In this document: positions 49,480 through 58,474 of the stretch, piece after piece
How the letters are laid out: the number at the start of each line of letters is the position of its first letter
How positions within the stretch are numbered: the first letter of the stretch is position 1
NCBI GenBank assembly: GCA_963803185.1
Contig: CAWDMF010000007.1
Span: 2,718 to 66,717, forward strand
DNA: 64,000 nt
Direction of reading: 5' to 3'
Origin: an uncultured Gammaproteobacteria bacterium
Lineage (GTDB): Bacteria; Pseudomonadota; Gammaproteobacteria; SZUA-229
Notes under the pieces: model-generated
What the model was told of the DNA's origin: nothing
Seen by the model: the letters and a program-made list of their open reading frames with translations, nothing else
Database searches by the model: none
Translations under genes and position numbers: made by a program

Positions 49480-49947
49480 ATGGCACAACGTGGCGTAAAC
49501 AAAGTAATTCTACTCGGTAACCTGGGTAAAGACCCGGAAGTTAAATACATGCCAAATGGCAATGCAGTGGCAAATATAACACTGGCAACCTCAGAAACAT
49601 GGAACGATAAAAGCTCTGGTGAAAAGAAAGAAAAAACCGAATGGCACCGTGTCGTGTTCTTCGGCAAACTGGCAGAAATAGTCGCCCAGTACCTCAAAAA
49701 AGGCTCAAAAGTTTACATTGAAGGCAAACTGCAAACCCGTAAATGGCAAGGGCAGGACGGACAGGATCGCTACACCACAGAAGTGGTAGTCGATATCGGT
49801 GGCACCATGCAGATGCTGGATAGCCGAGGTGGTGAAGGTGGATTTGCGCCGGCGCAATCAGCACAGCAGTCAGCGCCGTCACAGCAAAAAGCACAACCCG
49901 CACCGGCGATGGTTGATGATGGCTTTGATGATGATATTCCTTTTTGA
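49480..49947 (+). CDS. ssb: single-stranded DNA-binding protein
   Basis: OB-fold N-terminus, Gly/Gln-rich linker, acidic tip ..DDDIPF. Confidence 0.95.
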   Translation: MAQRGVNKVILLGNLGKDPEVKYMPNGNAVANITLATSETWNDKSSGEKKEKTEWHRVVFFGKLAEIVAQYLKKGSKVYIEGKLQTRKWQGQDGQDRYTTEVVVDIGGTMQMLDSRGGEGGFAPAQSAQQSAPSQQKAQPAPAMVDDGFDDDIPF

Positions 49948-50000
49948 CCCTTACCTTGTCATTCCGGCATGTTTTGGTCGGAATCTATAGGTAAAAAGAA

Positions 50001-50030
50001 AGGCGCTTTTTTTAAAGCGCCTTTTTTGAT
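50001..50030 (+). terminator. rho-independent terminator after ssb
   Basis: AAAGGCGCTTTTTTTAAAGCGCCTTTTTTG. Confidence 0.75.
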
Positions 50031-50104
50031 GTTGCAGCTACCGTTTATATTGAAATATCACAGCAAATTATCCAACGGGCTGTTTACAGAAATACCTGGT
50101 TTGT

Positions 50105-50330
50105 TCAGCACATGCGTATACGATGTTCAGGACGAACAAGTGTCTCGGGAGGCAGGAAGCCGGGAGAGACAATCATGGTGGTAGAAACATCGGCATGACC
50201 GAGTAATTCCTGCACCGTCTTACCCCGTTAGAACACACTGCCAAAATACAATTTTATGTGTGCTTTCTAACGGGCGAATATCATAACCGGATTCCAGTAG
50301 TGGGTCGCAAAGGCTAATGGGGTCAAGTCG
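50105..50330 (-). pseudogene. decayed C-terminal remnant of a tyrosine recombinase
   Basis: Minus-strand frames read ..AFATH.. and ..GKTVQELLGHADVSTTMI.. (box II / LLGH..TT.IY motif) interrupted by stops; no intact ORF. Confidence 0.55.
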
Positions 50331-50419
50331 TACATATCACATCAATTGCTTTAACAGCCTGACTAATAAAAGTGTCAAATGTAAGACTTGACCACCATAC
50401 CTTTAACGGGACGGTCGTG

Positions 50420-50812
50420 TTACCAGATATAATCGATCACAGCCTGGATCTGTTGTGAATTTAGCTCCCAGTAATATTTATCAAACGCCTCTTTTTTCCT
50501 TTTACGATGTTGTAAATTAATCACTCCACCAGAACCTTCATCCAGGTCCTGTAGTAAATCAAAATATTGCGGTTCATTTAAAATAATCCTGCCTGACTTA
50601 TCAAAATAATAGATGCCGCCTTCAATACGCGGGCAATAATCAGGTTTTTTATTTTCAAGTAATAAATAGGCGTGAGCAATATGAATAGATGCATTTGAAA
50701 ATTCTTTAACAGACTCTTTACCTGAGCTGATACGTTTCCATTTTGCATAAGGTATGCGAGTAACATTACCAGCATCAGAAAAGTAAAAAATATAAACAGT
50801 GTGGCTAGTCAT
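50420..50812 (-). CDS. hypothetical protein immediately downstream of intI (start overlaps intI stop)
   Basis: 130-aa ORF, no recognisable motifs; ATG overlaps TGA of intI C-terminal fragment. Confidence 0.4.
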   Translation of the reverse strand: MTSHTVYIFYFSDAGNVTRIPYAKWKRISSGKESVKEFSNASIHIAHAYLLLENKKPDYCPRIEGGIYYFDKSGRIILNEPQYFDLLQDLDEGSGGVINLQHRKRKKEAFDKYYWELNSQQIQAVIDYIW

Positions 50813-52228
50813 TATTCACTAAAATCATCCAGCGGGCTTTTTATATTGTCATGGTTCTTTTGCATCACGTGTGTGTAGATTTCTGTGGTTTTAACATCGT
50901 TATGCCCTAACAATACCTGTAACACCCGAATATTTTCACCATTTTCTAATAAGTGTGTGGCAAAGCTATGTCTATTATTCCGAGCTCGGAATAATAGACA
51001 TAATGCCGAGTTCCGGATTATTCCGAGTAGCAAACCGAAACACGGTGAATCACGGGATCTTGAGTACATCGAACTCGGCATAATCAGAGGCTATTCAGAA
51101 AAGCCAGTAGCTGATCATCGGGCCGATAACGTGCCATGGGTATATTTGAAGGAGTTGTCGTCGCCAAGGCTTTTTCTTTAAGTTTTAGATCTGCGTGGAG
51201 ATAGATATAGGTTGTTTCTACAGACTCATGACCAAGCCAGAGCGCAATAACAGTGTGATCAAAGCCAATAAAAGAAGACAGCCTGATTATTCCGAGTAAT
51301 CAAGCAGTGGATACCCTCATAAACCATTGAATGTAGGTATATGTCAGACGCATGTCAACATGCTACTCGGAATAATCCGGAACTCGGCATTATGTCTAAG
51401 CGTATGTGGCGAAGTGCGTTTAATGATCCCGGCCTTAATTCTTGCACTTGATACCGCTTTTTGTAGTGCGCTTTTATTAAGATGATGTCGCATAACTTTC
51501 CCGGAGCGCGGATCAGTCGAGCGTACTTTAGAAGGAAACAAATATTGCCAGCCCAATGAAATGTTTGCTTTGCTGTATTTACGACTTAATGCTGTCGGCA
51601 AATAAACTTCACCATAACCATCGGCTAAATCTTTATTGTGCAGTTGCTTTACCACTTCAATTTGGTCACGAATGGGTTGATGCAAAGCATCAGGGAAAAT
51701 TGTAGTGCGATCTTTGTCGCCTTTGGCATTTCTGACATAAATTTGATTATTTTCAAAATCAATGTCATGAATGCGTAAACGAATAACTTCCAACGAGCGT
51801 AAACCAGAGCCATACATCAAGTAGGCTAATGTTTTTGCCGTGCCCGACATGCAGGTCAACAAGGACTTTACTTCATCTTTACTTAATACGGTAGGCAGTC
51901 TTTTCCCTTTAGTTGTACGCCTGGCGCGGATATCAAGATCCATTGGCATATCAAGTACTTTTTTATAAAGGAACATAATGGCATTAAATGCCTGGTTCTG
52001 AGTTGAAGCTGCGACGTTGCGATTAACCGCAAGATGGCTTAAGAACCGTTCAATTTCAAACTTACCCATCTCCCTGGGGTGTTTCTTTCCATTGAAACGA
52101 ATAAATTTTAAGATCCATTCAACATACGATTTTTCAGTATTGTATGCGTAATGATAAAACCGAAGTGTTTCGCGTACCTGATCCATTAATCTGGTCGCAG
52201 TGGGTCGAAACGTAACTGACTCATCCAT
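50812..52228 (-). pseudogene. intI: integron integrase gene interrupted by a ~425-bp MITE insertion
   Basis: N-terminal part 51393-52228 has IntI signature (LPTALSRKYSKANISLGWQYLFPS, additional domain) and ends ..SPHTLRH then runs into element; C-terminal part ([36 protein letters not shown]) resumes at 50970 in continuity. Confidence 0.85.
50971..51398. mobile_element. non-autonomous MITE-like element with 36-bp perfect terminal inverted repeats and subterminal ATTATTCCGAG repeats
   Basis: TIR AGACATAATGCCGAGTTCCGGATTATTCCGAGTAGC at 50996-51031 and reverse-complemented at 51363-51398; ATGTCT present at both junctions; no coding capacity. Confidence 0.75.
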
Positions 52229-52547
52229 GATAAAAATCCTTTTAATTGGTGTATTAGCAATAGCTTAACTTATGGCTACTTTTGCCCTTAAATATCGTAA
52301 TAGGGCGCCTTGGTTAAAAATTCTTACATTACAAGGCTACTTTACCCCTTAAATATCGCAATAGGTAGCCATAGTCATGTAATATGATAAATATTCTAAA
52401 TTTAAGCACTGTCTGAGGCGTCTTTTACCCCTTAAATATCGTAATAGGGCGCCTTATAGGGTGTATATTATAAAAAATAGGACGCCTTAGAAGGCGTCAT
52501 ATCGACAAGTTAGCTTCATAAAAAAATACATCTTAGGGAATTTTATA
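52229..52547. promoter_or_regulatory. attI-like region with three ~40-bp direct repeats and a GTTAGCT core next to first cassette
   Basis: GGCTACTTT(g/a)CCCTTAAATATCG(t/c)AATAGG repeated at 52272, 52333, 52412; palindrome GACGCCTTAGAAGGCGTC; lies between intI start and first cassette. Confidence 0.5.
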
Positions 52548-53222
52548 ATGGGAAAGTACTCTCTTAAAAAAGAATTAGATACAACAGAGTTAATTAAATG
52601 GGGTAGCGCTGTTATAGGTGGTCTAGCCATATTTTTAGTGATAACTCTAAAAGATTATGAATTAAAAAAATACGAAATTCTTGAAAAAGAGGCCGTATTA
52701 ATAGAGAAGGCTGGTAACCAATTATTAAAAGGGTTTGAGTTAATGAAAAATTACAAGCCCAGTATAGATGTCCACTACACCAATATGCTATCCGAAAAAG
52801 CTGATGAACTTCACATTAGAGTTTATATCAAATCTACATCAAAAAACGATATATATATTTTTCCTCCAAAGTTGACTTTAATTGATGTAGAGGGAAATGA
52901 GATTGATACCAATCTGTATAAAGCTGGTGATATAAAATCATTTAAAGGAAGTATTAGTCCAGAGTCATCGTTTCAAATAAATTATAAAATATTCTTGCTA
53001 AATATAGACACTGATAAAATTGGCAATGTACAGCTTGACTATGAGGTTCAAATAGATCAACTGGCTTCAGCACCTATAAAGATGTACTTTGAAGAATATG
53101 GATCGGAGAAGGAGAAAGAGCTCTTTAATGTGCTTAACTCTAAAAAGTATATTTATCGAGAAAGGGTATATGCTTATGCGGGTAATCCCATTTGGAATGA
53201 TTTTTGGGAAAATCCGAGATAA
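52548..53222 (+). CDS. integron cassette ORF 1, membrane-anchored hypothetical protein
   Basis: N-terminal TM helix, followed by attC. Confidence 0.6.
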   Translation: MGKYSLKKELDTTELIKWGSAVIGGLAIFLVITLKDYELKKYEILEKEAVLIEKAGNQLLKGFELMKNYKPSIDVHYTNMLSEKADELHIRVYIKSTSKNDIYIFPPKLTLIDVEGNEIDTNLYKAGDIKSFKGSISPESSFQINYKIFLLNIDTDKIGNVQLDYEVQIDQLASAPIKMYFEEYGSEKEKELFNVLNSKKYIYRERVYAYAGNPIWNDFWENPR

Positions 53223-53225
53223 CTA

Positions 53226-53286
53226 AGCTAACAAGTTAATTAACGGCGACCGCAAAAAACGCGTCGCGTTATTTTTAACGTTATGT
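53226..53286 (+). other. attC site 1
   Basis: Imperfect palindrome TAACAAG...GCGACCGC..GCGTCGCG...AACGTTATGT. Confidence 0.55.
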
Positions 53287-53293
53287 TTAAAAA

Positions 53294-53671
53294 ATGAATT
53301 GGAAAATAATGGAAATATTCAAAGGCATTGATCTTAATGATTCATTTGTTCTTTCATGGCATCAAGGAACAAACGAACTTACTTTCGAGCTCGAAACAAG
53401 CATTTGGCCAGAATCTACATACTATGAGAAACCTAAACCAAATGAACATACTTGTTATAAACGAGCTATTCTTTCATTTAAAAACATTAAAGAGCTAAAT
53501 GGTCTACTAGAACTAAATCAAGTAAAAGCCACAACTGATGCTTCTGGTGAAAAAGACTATGGAAACATAGATAACTTAGAACAAAATGATAAGGGTTTTC
53601 TAGTTGAAGGTGAATTTGGTTCAGTCTCAATTGCAGGCGGAGAAATAAGCTTTGAAATCAAAAAAACATAA
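53294..53671 (+). CDS. integron cassette ORF 2, hypothetical
   Basis: ORF bounded by attC sites. Confidence 0.55.
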   Translation: MNWKIMEIFKGIDLNDSFVLSWHQGTNELTFELETSIWPESTYYEKPKPNEHTCYKRAILSFKNIKELNGLLELNQVKATTDASGEKDYGNIDNLEQNDKGFLVEGEFGSVSIAGGEISFEIKKT

Positions 53672-53752
53672 CAAGGCAATCAAGTTCGCCCGTAAAAATC
53701 ACGGGCTTGGACGCGGCAAAAGACGCCGCGCCACTTATTTATAACGTTATGT
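53666..53752 (+). other. attC site 2 (family B)
   Basis: ACATAAC inverse core ... GTTATGT core, internal imperfect palindrome. Confidence 0.6.
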
Positions 53753-53779
53753 GTGAAAAAATAAAAATGAGAAAAATAA

Positions 53780-54040
53780 ATGAGTGATGAATTTGAAGTA
53801 AATATGTCACCACTATGCCAAACCATATCAAGTGGTGGCAAGACATTGCAGGTCGATATTTATGAAGATGGTAATGGCAAGTGGATTTTAGAGGTAGTGG
53901 ATGAATTTAATAACTCTACTGTATGGGACGATTCATTTGAAACAGATAAAGCTGCCTTAACAGAAGCTAAAAAAACAATATTATCTGAGGGTGCAAGTAT
54001 ATTAGTTGGGCCTGAGTCAGGTAAAGGCGAATGGAGTTAA
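53780..54040 (+). CDS. integron cassette ORF 3, hypothetical
   Basis: ORF bounded by attC sites. Confidence 0.55.
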   Translation: MSDEFEVNMSPLCQTISSGGKTLQVDIYEDGNGKWILEVVDEFNNSTVWDDSFETDKAALTEAKKTILSEGASILVGPESGKGEWS

Positions 54041-54050
54041 AAAATAAAAC

Positions 54051-54137
54051 ACATAACAAATCAATCAAGTTCGCCAGCAAAAGGCGCTGGCTTGGACTCC
54101 GCAAAAAACGCTCCGCCACTTATTTCGGACGTTATAT
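54051..54137 (+). other. attC site 3 (family B, similar to site 2)
   Basis: ACATAACAAATCAATCAAGTTCGCC...CCACTTATTTCGGACGTTATAT. Confidence 0.6.
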
Positions 54138-54154
54138 TTAAAAGATAAAAAAGC

Positions 54155-54412
54155 ATGAATGAAGAACAAATTCTAAATGTAGCAAAGGTACTCGAAGAGT
54201 GGAACCCACTTGGCGAGGCAGCTAATACTGTAGAGCAATTAGATGGTTACCGTTATGAGGCAATTGATATTATTTCAACAATCCAAATAGTTAATGGCCC
54301 AGGTAAAATAAAAGAATCAATAGAGCAGGTATTAACACAAGCATTCAATATTGAGCTTAATGAAGTTAAGCTTACTGAGGCAGAAAACAAAATAAAGAGC
54401 CTAATCAGTTAA
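54155..54412 (+). CDS. integron cassette ORF 4, hypothetical
   Basis: ORF bounded by attC sites. Confidence 0.55.
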   Translation: MNEEQILNVAKVLEEWNPLGEAANTVEQLDGYRYEAIDIISTIQIVNGPGKIKESIEQVLTQAFNIELNEVKLTEAENKIKSLIS

Positions 54413-54438
54413 TCATCATGCTCTTATTAAATAAAAAA

Positions 54439-54530
54439 TATAACAAGCCGCTCAACATTGACCGTTTTTACACGCCGCGCCGTTTCACTTTGCTCTGTGT
54501 AAAACCGTCAGGTTATGCTGAGCGTTATGC
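54439..54530 (+). other. attC site 4 (family A: CTCAACATTGACC..TTTACACGCCGC..)
   Basis: TAACAAG...GTTATGC; related to attC 7, 9, 12. Confidence 0.6.
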
Positions 54531-54574
54531 ACATAAAAAAACCCAGGTGTTAACAAAAATAAATTGGAGGCGTA

Positions 54575-54778
54575 ATGGATCCTGATAAAATGATGAGTGA
54601 CATTTCAAAAGAAATACTTACGGCATTAAAAGCAATGGCAAAAGCAAAAAACCCTGAAGAAAAACTGATACACAGTGAAATAGTAAAGAATCTATGTGAT
54701 TCACTTGGAGTTTTTCTTAGTTTAATAAGTGATATGGCTCTATATGATGATGACGATGATGAACCAATCCCATTTTAA
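54575..54778 (+). CDS. integron cassette ORF 5, small protein with acidic tail (DDDDDEPIPF)
   Basis: 67-aa ORF; near-identical second copy at 57200. Confidence 0.55.
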   Translation: MDPDKMMSDISKEILTALKAMAKAKNPEEKLIHSEIVKNLCDSLGVFLSLISDMALYDDDDDEPIPF

Positions 54779-54789
54779 AATCACGTTTG

Positions 54790-54875
54790 CATAACAAATA
54801 AATTAACGCAGATCGCCATAGACGCCGTTTGTTTTCAAATAGGCCGTGCAGCGGCTGGTTATTAAAACGTTATGT
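54790..54875 (+). other. attC site 5 (family C)
   Basis: CATAACAAATAAATTAACGCAGATCGCC...GGCTGGTTATTAAAACGTTATGT. Confidence 0.6.
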
Positions 54876-54896
54876 GTAAAAACCGAATCAAAAGAA

Positions 54897-55316
54897 ATGG
54901 ATATATTTAATAGTTTGGAGGTTGAAAAAGTATTTAATTCTTATCCGGATAATATCCGCATAAAAATGCTACTCCTTCGCCAGCTAGTTCTGGAAACAGC
55001 AGCGGAAATTGATAACGTTCAAAGCATTGAAGAAACTTTAAAATGGGGCGAGCCAAGCTATATAACAAAGCACGGGAGTACATTACGGATGGACTGGAAA
55101 AAATCAAATCCAGATCAATATGCAATGTACTTCCATTGTAAGACAAAACTTGTTGATACATTCAAAGAGCTTTATAAAGGCAAGTTCAAGTTTGAAGGCA
55201 ACAGAGCCATTGTATTTAATATAAAAGACAAAATACCAATTAATGAGCTAAAGCATTGTATTTCTTTATCTCTCACTTATCACAACATTAAACATCTACC
55301 AATGTTGGGTGTATGA
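54897..55316 (+). CDS. integron cassette ORF 6, possible DUF1801/YdhG-like protein
   Basis: Start moved to Met after attC; weak resemblance to DUF1801. Confidence 0.4.
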   Translation: MDIFNSLEVEKVFNSYPDNIRIKMLLLRQLVLETAAEIDNVQSIEETLKWGEPSYITKHGSTLRMDWKKSNPDQYAMYFHCKTKLVDTFKELYKGKFKFEGNRAIVFNIKDKIPINELKHCISLSLTYHNIKHLPMLGV

Positions 55317-55320
55317 TAAA

Positions 55321-55420
55321 AACACATAACAAGGCGCTGCACCGGAATTTTGCTTCGCTACGCTTCGCAAAATCCCGTGAGCTGGGTCGCTAGGGCCGTA
55401 AAAACAAGCAACTTGACATT
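55321..55420 (+). other. attC-like site 6 (lacks clear 3' GTTATG core)
   Basis: ACACATAACAAGG inverse core with internal palindrome but atypical 3' end. Confidence 0.35.
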
Positions 55421-55446
55421 CATCTAAATGTAAATACAATGTATTT

Positions 55447-55710
55447 ATGATTAAATTCGAATGGGATGCATCCAAAGCCACATCAAACAAAAGAAAACAT
55501 GGCGTTACTTTTGAAGAAGCACAGTCTGTGTTCTACGATGACTTTGCCATCCAGTTCTTTGATGATGAAAATTCAGAGCTAGAAGATAGGTTTCTTTTAC
55601 TAGGTCACAGTAACCAATCAAGGATATTACTTATCTGCCACTGTGAAAAAGAATCAGGCAATCTCATTCGAATCATATCAGCACGTAAAGCAACAGATAA
55701 AAGAGCGTAA
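55447..55710 (+). CDS. brnT: BrnT-family (DUF497) ribonuclease toxin
   Basis: FEWDxxKAxxNxxKHGVTFEEA motif. Confidence 0.8.
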   Translation: MIKFEWDASKATSNKRKHGVTFEEAQSVFYDDFAIQFFDDENSELEDRFLLLGHSNQSRILLICHCEKESGNLIRIISARKATDKRA

Positions 55711-55731
55711 GCTCTATAAAGGTGAAGCATA

Positions 55732-55957
55732 ATGAAAAAAGAATATGATTTATCTAAAATGAAATCACGTAAAAATCCATATGCATCAAAGCTCAAAAAG
55801 CCCGTAACAATGCGTCTTGGTGAGGATGTAATCAATTATTTTAAAGAGTATGGCTGAGGATTCAGGTGTACCTTATCAAAGCTTAATTAATTTATATCTT
55901 CGTGACTGTATTTCACAGCATCGTAAAGTAGATATATCTTGGAATCAAAAGCCCTAA
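55732..55957 (+). pseudogene. brnA: BrnA-family antitoxin with 1-bp frameshift in TTTTAAAG run (~55840)
   Basis: MKKEYDLSKMKSRKNPYASKLKKPVTMRLGEDVINYFK then frame switches to SMAEDSGVPYQSLINLYLRDC.. Confidence 0.7.
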
Positions 55958-56044
55958 CAATACGCTCAACATTGACCATTTTTACACGCCGCGCCACTTC
56001 GTTTTGCTCTGTGTAAAAACGTCAAGTTAGCTCCAACGTTTGGT
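55953..56044 (+). other. attC site 7 (family A)
   Basis: CTAACAATACGCTCAACATTGACCATTTTTACACGCCGCGCC...GTTTGGT. Confidence 0.5.
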
Positions 56045-56055
56045 GGAGGAAGACG

Positions 56056-56454
56056 ATGAAAACTCAAGTAACATTTCGATCAATGAATTTCCCTCCGTAC
56101 GATGGCGAAGAAGAGCAGATCAACCCAGGTCTCTGGGGCAAGAGGTTAGCTGAGTATTTTGTCGATAAACTGAAGCCACATGGCATCGAGACGGAAGAGA
56201 TCATTGCGGAAGATTGGGGATGGTACATTCCGATAAAGAACGAAGGATTCCGACTCGCTATTTGTTGTGGGCACCAAAATGGCGATGACGACGAGTTCTT
56301 GTGCTTCACCGACCCAGCAACACCAATAATCCGGAAATTCTTCAAGAAGATAAACGCGACACATGAGATCACGCGCGTCGTGGTCGCCATGGGTAATATA
56401 CTTTCGTCGGATCCAAGGATAACTGATATTGAGTGGACAGAAGTTGAGAAATGA
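56056..56454 (+). CDS. integron cassette ORF 8, hypothetical
   Basis: 132-aa ORF between attC sites. Confidence 0.55.
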   Translation: MKTQVTFRSMNFPPYDGEEEQINPGLWGKRLAEYFVDKLKPHGIETEEIIAEDWGWYIPIKNEGFRLAICCGHQNGDDDEFLCFTDPATPIIRKFFKKINATHEITRVVVAMGNILSSDPRITDIEWTEVEK

Positions 56455-56456
56455 CA

Positions 56457-56515
56457 CCGAACAAGGCTAATGCAGCCGACGCAAAAAGCCGCGCGGCTGA
56501 TTAGCAACGTTAGCA
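56457..56515 (+). other. attC site 8 (short)
   Basis: AACAAGG..GCCGCGCGGC..CAACGTTAGCA. Confidence 0.45.
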
Positions 56516-56568
56516 CCCATCAATACAAAAGTATGGCTATTTAGCCATATCAATGCTATATTTACCCT

Positions 56569-56859
56569 ATGAGTGAACAGGACTTCGAATGGGATGAGAC
56601 AAAAAACCAGGAAAATCAACGAAAACATGGCGTTACATTCTATGAAGCACAACATGCTTTCTTAGATACAAACCGTGTTATTGCTGAGGATTTGGAGCAT
56701 AGCCAGGCTGAAAAACGATATTATTGTTTCGGCTTAAATGAACAAGGCAATGGCATTCTTACTGTTCGGTTTACTTATCGGTCTGGTTGCATCCGTATAA
56801 TTGGTGCAGGTTATTGGCGCAAAGGTAAAAAGATCTATGAGCAAAACAATTCAATATAG
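56569..56859 (+). CDS. brnT: BrnT-family (DUF497) toxin, second copy
   Basis: FEWDETKNQENQRKHGVTFYEAQ. Confidence 0.8.
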   Translation: MSEQDFEWDETKNQENQRKHGVTFYEAQHAFLDTNRVIAEDLEHSQAEKRYYCFGLNEQGNGILTVRFTYRSGCIRIIGAGYWRKGKKIYEQNNSI

Positions 56860-57079
56860 TAACGAGCCAATCGGTGATTTAAAACTAATACCTGATTTTC
56901 TACCATCACCGGAAGAGCTCGCACTCAAACAACAAAATACTAAAGTCACAATATCTCTTAGTTCAGAGAGTGTTGCCTATTTTAAAGACACTGCAAAAAA
57001 ACATCACATGCAGTATCAAAAAATAATTCGGCAGTTACTCGATGAGTATGTGGCTCACCAAAAAAGTGCTAACAAGTAG
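56837..57079 (+). CDS. brnA: BrnA-family antitoxin, second copy (overlaps toxin 3' end)
   Basis: IPDFLPSPEEL..KVTISLSSESVAYFK, RHH/CopG-like; start at internal Met 56837. Confidence 0.7.
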   Translation: MSKTIQYSNEPIGDLKLIPDFLPSPEELALKQQNTKVTISLSSESVAYFKDTAKKHHMQYQKIIRQLLDEYVAHQKSANK

Positions 57080-57156
57080 CTCAACATTGACCATTTTATA
57101 CGCCGCTTCGTTTCACTTCGCAGCGTATAAAATGGCAAGTTAGCATGGCGTTATGC
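57076..57156 (+). other. attC site 9 (family A)
   Basis: CTCAACATTGACCATTTTATACGCCGCTTCGTTTCACT...GGCAAGTTAGCATGGCGTTATGC. Confidence 0.6.
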
Positions 57157-57199
57157 ACATAAAAACACCAGGTGTTAACAAAAATAAATTGGAGGAATA

Positions 57200-57373
57200 A
57201 TGGAACCTGATAAAATAATGAGTGACATTTCAAAAGAAATACTTACGGCATTAAAAGCAATGGCAAAAGCAAAAACCCCTGAAGAAAAACTGATACACAG
57301 TGAAATAGTAAAGAACCTATGTGATTCACTTGGAGTTTTTCTTGGTTTAATAAGTGATATGGCTCTATTATGA
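57200..57373 (+). pseudogene. duplicate of cassette ORF 5 with 1-bp insertion truncating the acidic tail
   Basis: MEPDKIMSDISKEILTALKAMAKAKTPEEKLIHSEIVKNLCDSLGVFLGLISDMALL*; TAT->TTAT shifts frame. Confidence 0.6.
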
Positions 57374-57415
57374 TGATGACGATGATGAATCAATCCCATT
57401 TTAAAATCACATTTG

Positions 57416-57501
57416 CATAACAAATAAATTAACGCAGGCCGCCATAGACGCCGTTTGTTTTCAAATAGGCCGTGCGGCGGCTGGTTATTAAAACGTTATG
57501 C
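57416..57501 (+). other. attC site 10 (family C, ~97% identical to attC 5)
   Basis: Direct alignment with 54790-54875. Confidence 0.6.
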
Positions 57502-57622
57502 CTATGAAGAGTTATGAGAGCTACTAAAGAGGACGTTCAACTCGGGTCAAGATGTTCTTGATTTGAACAAAAGATGGTGTTTATTCTTCCTGTACTTGTA
57601 CAATCAGATATTCAAAAAGGAT

Positions 57623-57838
57623 TTAATTGTACTCTCCAGGAAGATCGTTTTTTATAACAGTAACCTTGCCAAATTTCTTACCTGACATTCTCAATAATTC
57701 ATCACCTGAAAATTCAAAACCAAGCTTTAGTGCTATTCGCGCAACATCATCTGCAGTTGATGTTGCGAGCACCTCATTTTTAAGTGCAGGTTCAGACTGC
57801 ATTTTTATTAAAAATGCCTCGAGTTGATCTAATGCCAT
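57623..57838 (-). CDS. Nif11-domain-like small protein in an inverted-orientation cassette
   Basis: MALDQLEAFLIKMQSEPALKNEVLATSTADDVARIALKLGFEFSGDEL matches Nif11 N-terminal domain. Confidence 0.5.
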   Translation of the reverse strand: MALDQLEAFLIKMQSEPALKNEVLATSTADDVARIALKLGFEFSGDELLRMSGKKFGKVTVIKNDLPGEYN

Positions 57839-57979
57839 ATTTGAAATTCCTATTCTCGCTAGCTGTTCATATATTAAACAGAAAAACCATTACAGGTTTC
57901 TAGCAAATTCTACTATTCTTTCAAGATATAGGCAATGAGTGGAACTCCCGGAAGACTAGATATATTGTGCAAGAAAAGG

Positions 57980-58085
57980 CATAACAATGGCAATTGAGTG
58001 GGACTTGCCTTCCGCGGTGTTCGTTTGTGCTTGATAGCACAAGCCTCACCCCGCTCCGGCAAGCCCCTCATTGCGAGCGTTAGCA
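57980..58085 (+). other. attC site 11 (long)
   Basis: CATAACAATGG...GCGAGCGTTAGCA with internal palindromic arms. Confidence 0.45.
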
Positions 58086-58135
58086 TCTCAAAAACTACAT
58101 TGACAAGTGTAATCCAATGGATTATACTTGTAGTC

Positions 58136-58474
58136 ATGCAAGCCATAGTCGAACTACCTGAATTCCTGAGAAAATCTGATAAATTACTCAGCAATACAGA
58201 AAGACTAAGTATTATCAATTATTTAGCTGAGCATCCGGCGGCTGGCGATATCATGCAAGGCACTGGTGGTATTCGTAAATTAAGGTGGTCTGCACAAGGT
58301 AAAGGCAAAAGTGGCGGTGTACGTGTGATCTATTACCATCACAATGAATCAATGCCTTTATTTTTATTAACACTGTTTGGTAAAGGCGAAAAAGCCAACT
58401 TAACCAAATCTGAGAGTAACGATCTAGCCAAATTCACATCGTTATTAATTAAGAACTATGGAGGCCAAAAATGA
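58136..58474 (+). CDS. higB: RelE/ParE-superfamily toxin, HigB-like
   Basis: GGIRKLRWSAQGKGKSGGVRVIYY motif; start at internal Met 58136. Confidence 0.7.
   Translation: MQAIVELPEFLRKSDKLLSNTERLSIINYLAEHPAAGDIMQGTGGIRKLRWSAQGKGKSGGVRVIYYHHNESMPLFLLTLFGKGEKANLTKSESNDLAKFTSLLIKNYGGQK

Noticed and set aside
49969-50184. 71-aa plus-strand ORF after ssb
   Set aside because: It spans the ssb terminator and the decayed recombinase remnant and has no coding signal.
50885-51181. Plus-strand 98-aa ORF inside the MITE
   Set aside because: It lies within the palindromic TIR region, so the same peptide string appears on both strands. It has no start context and no homology.
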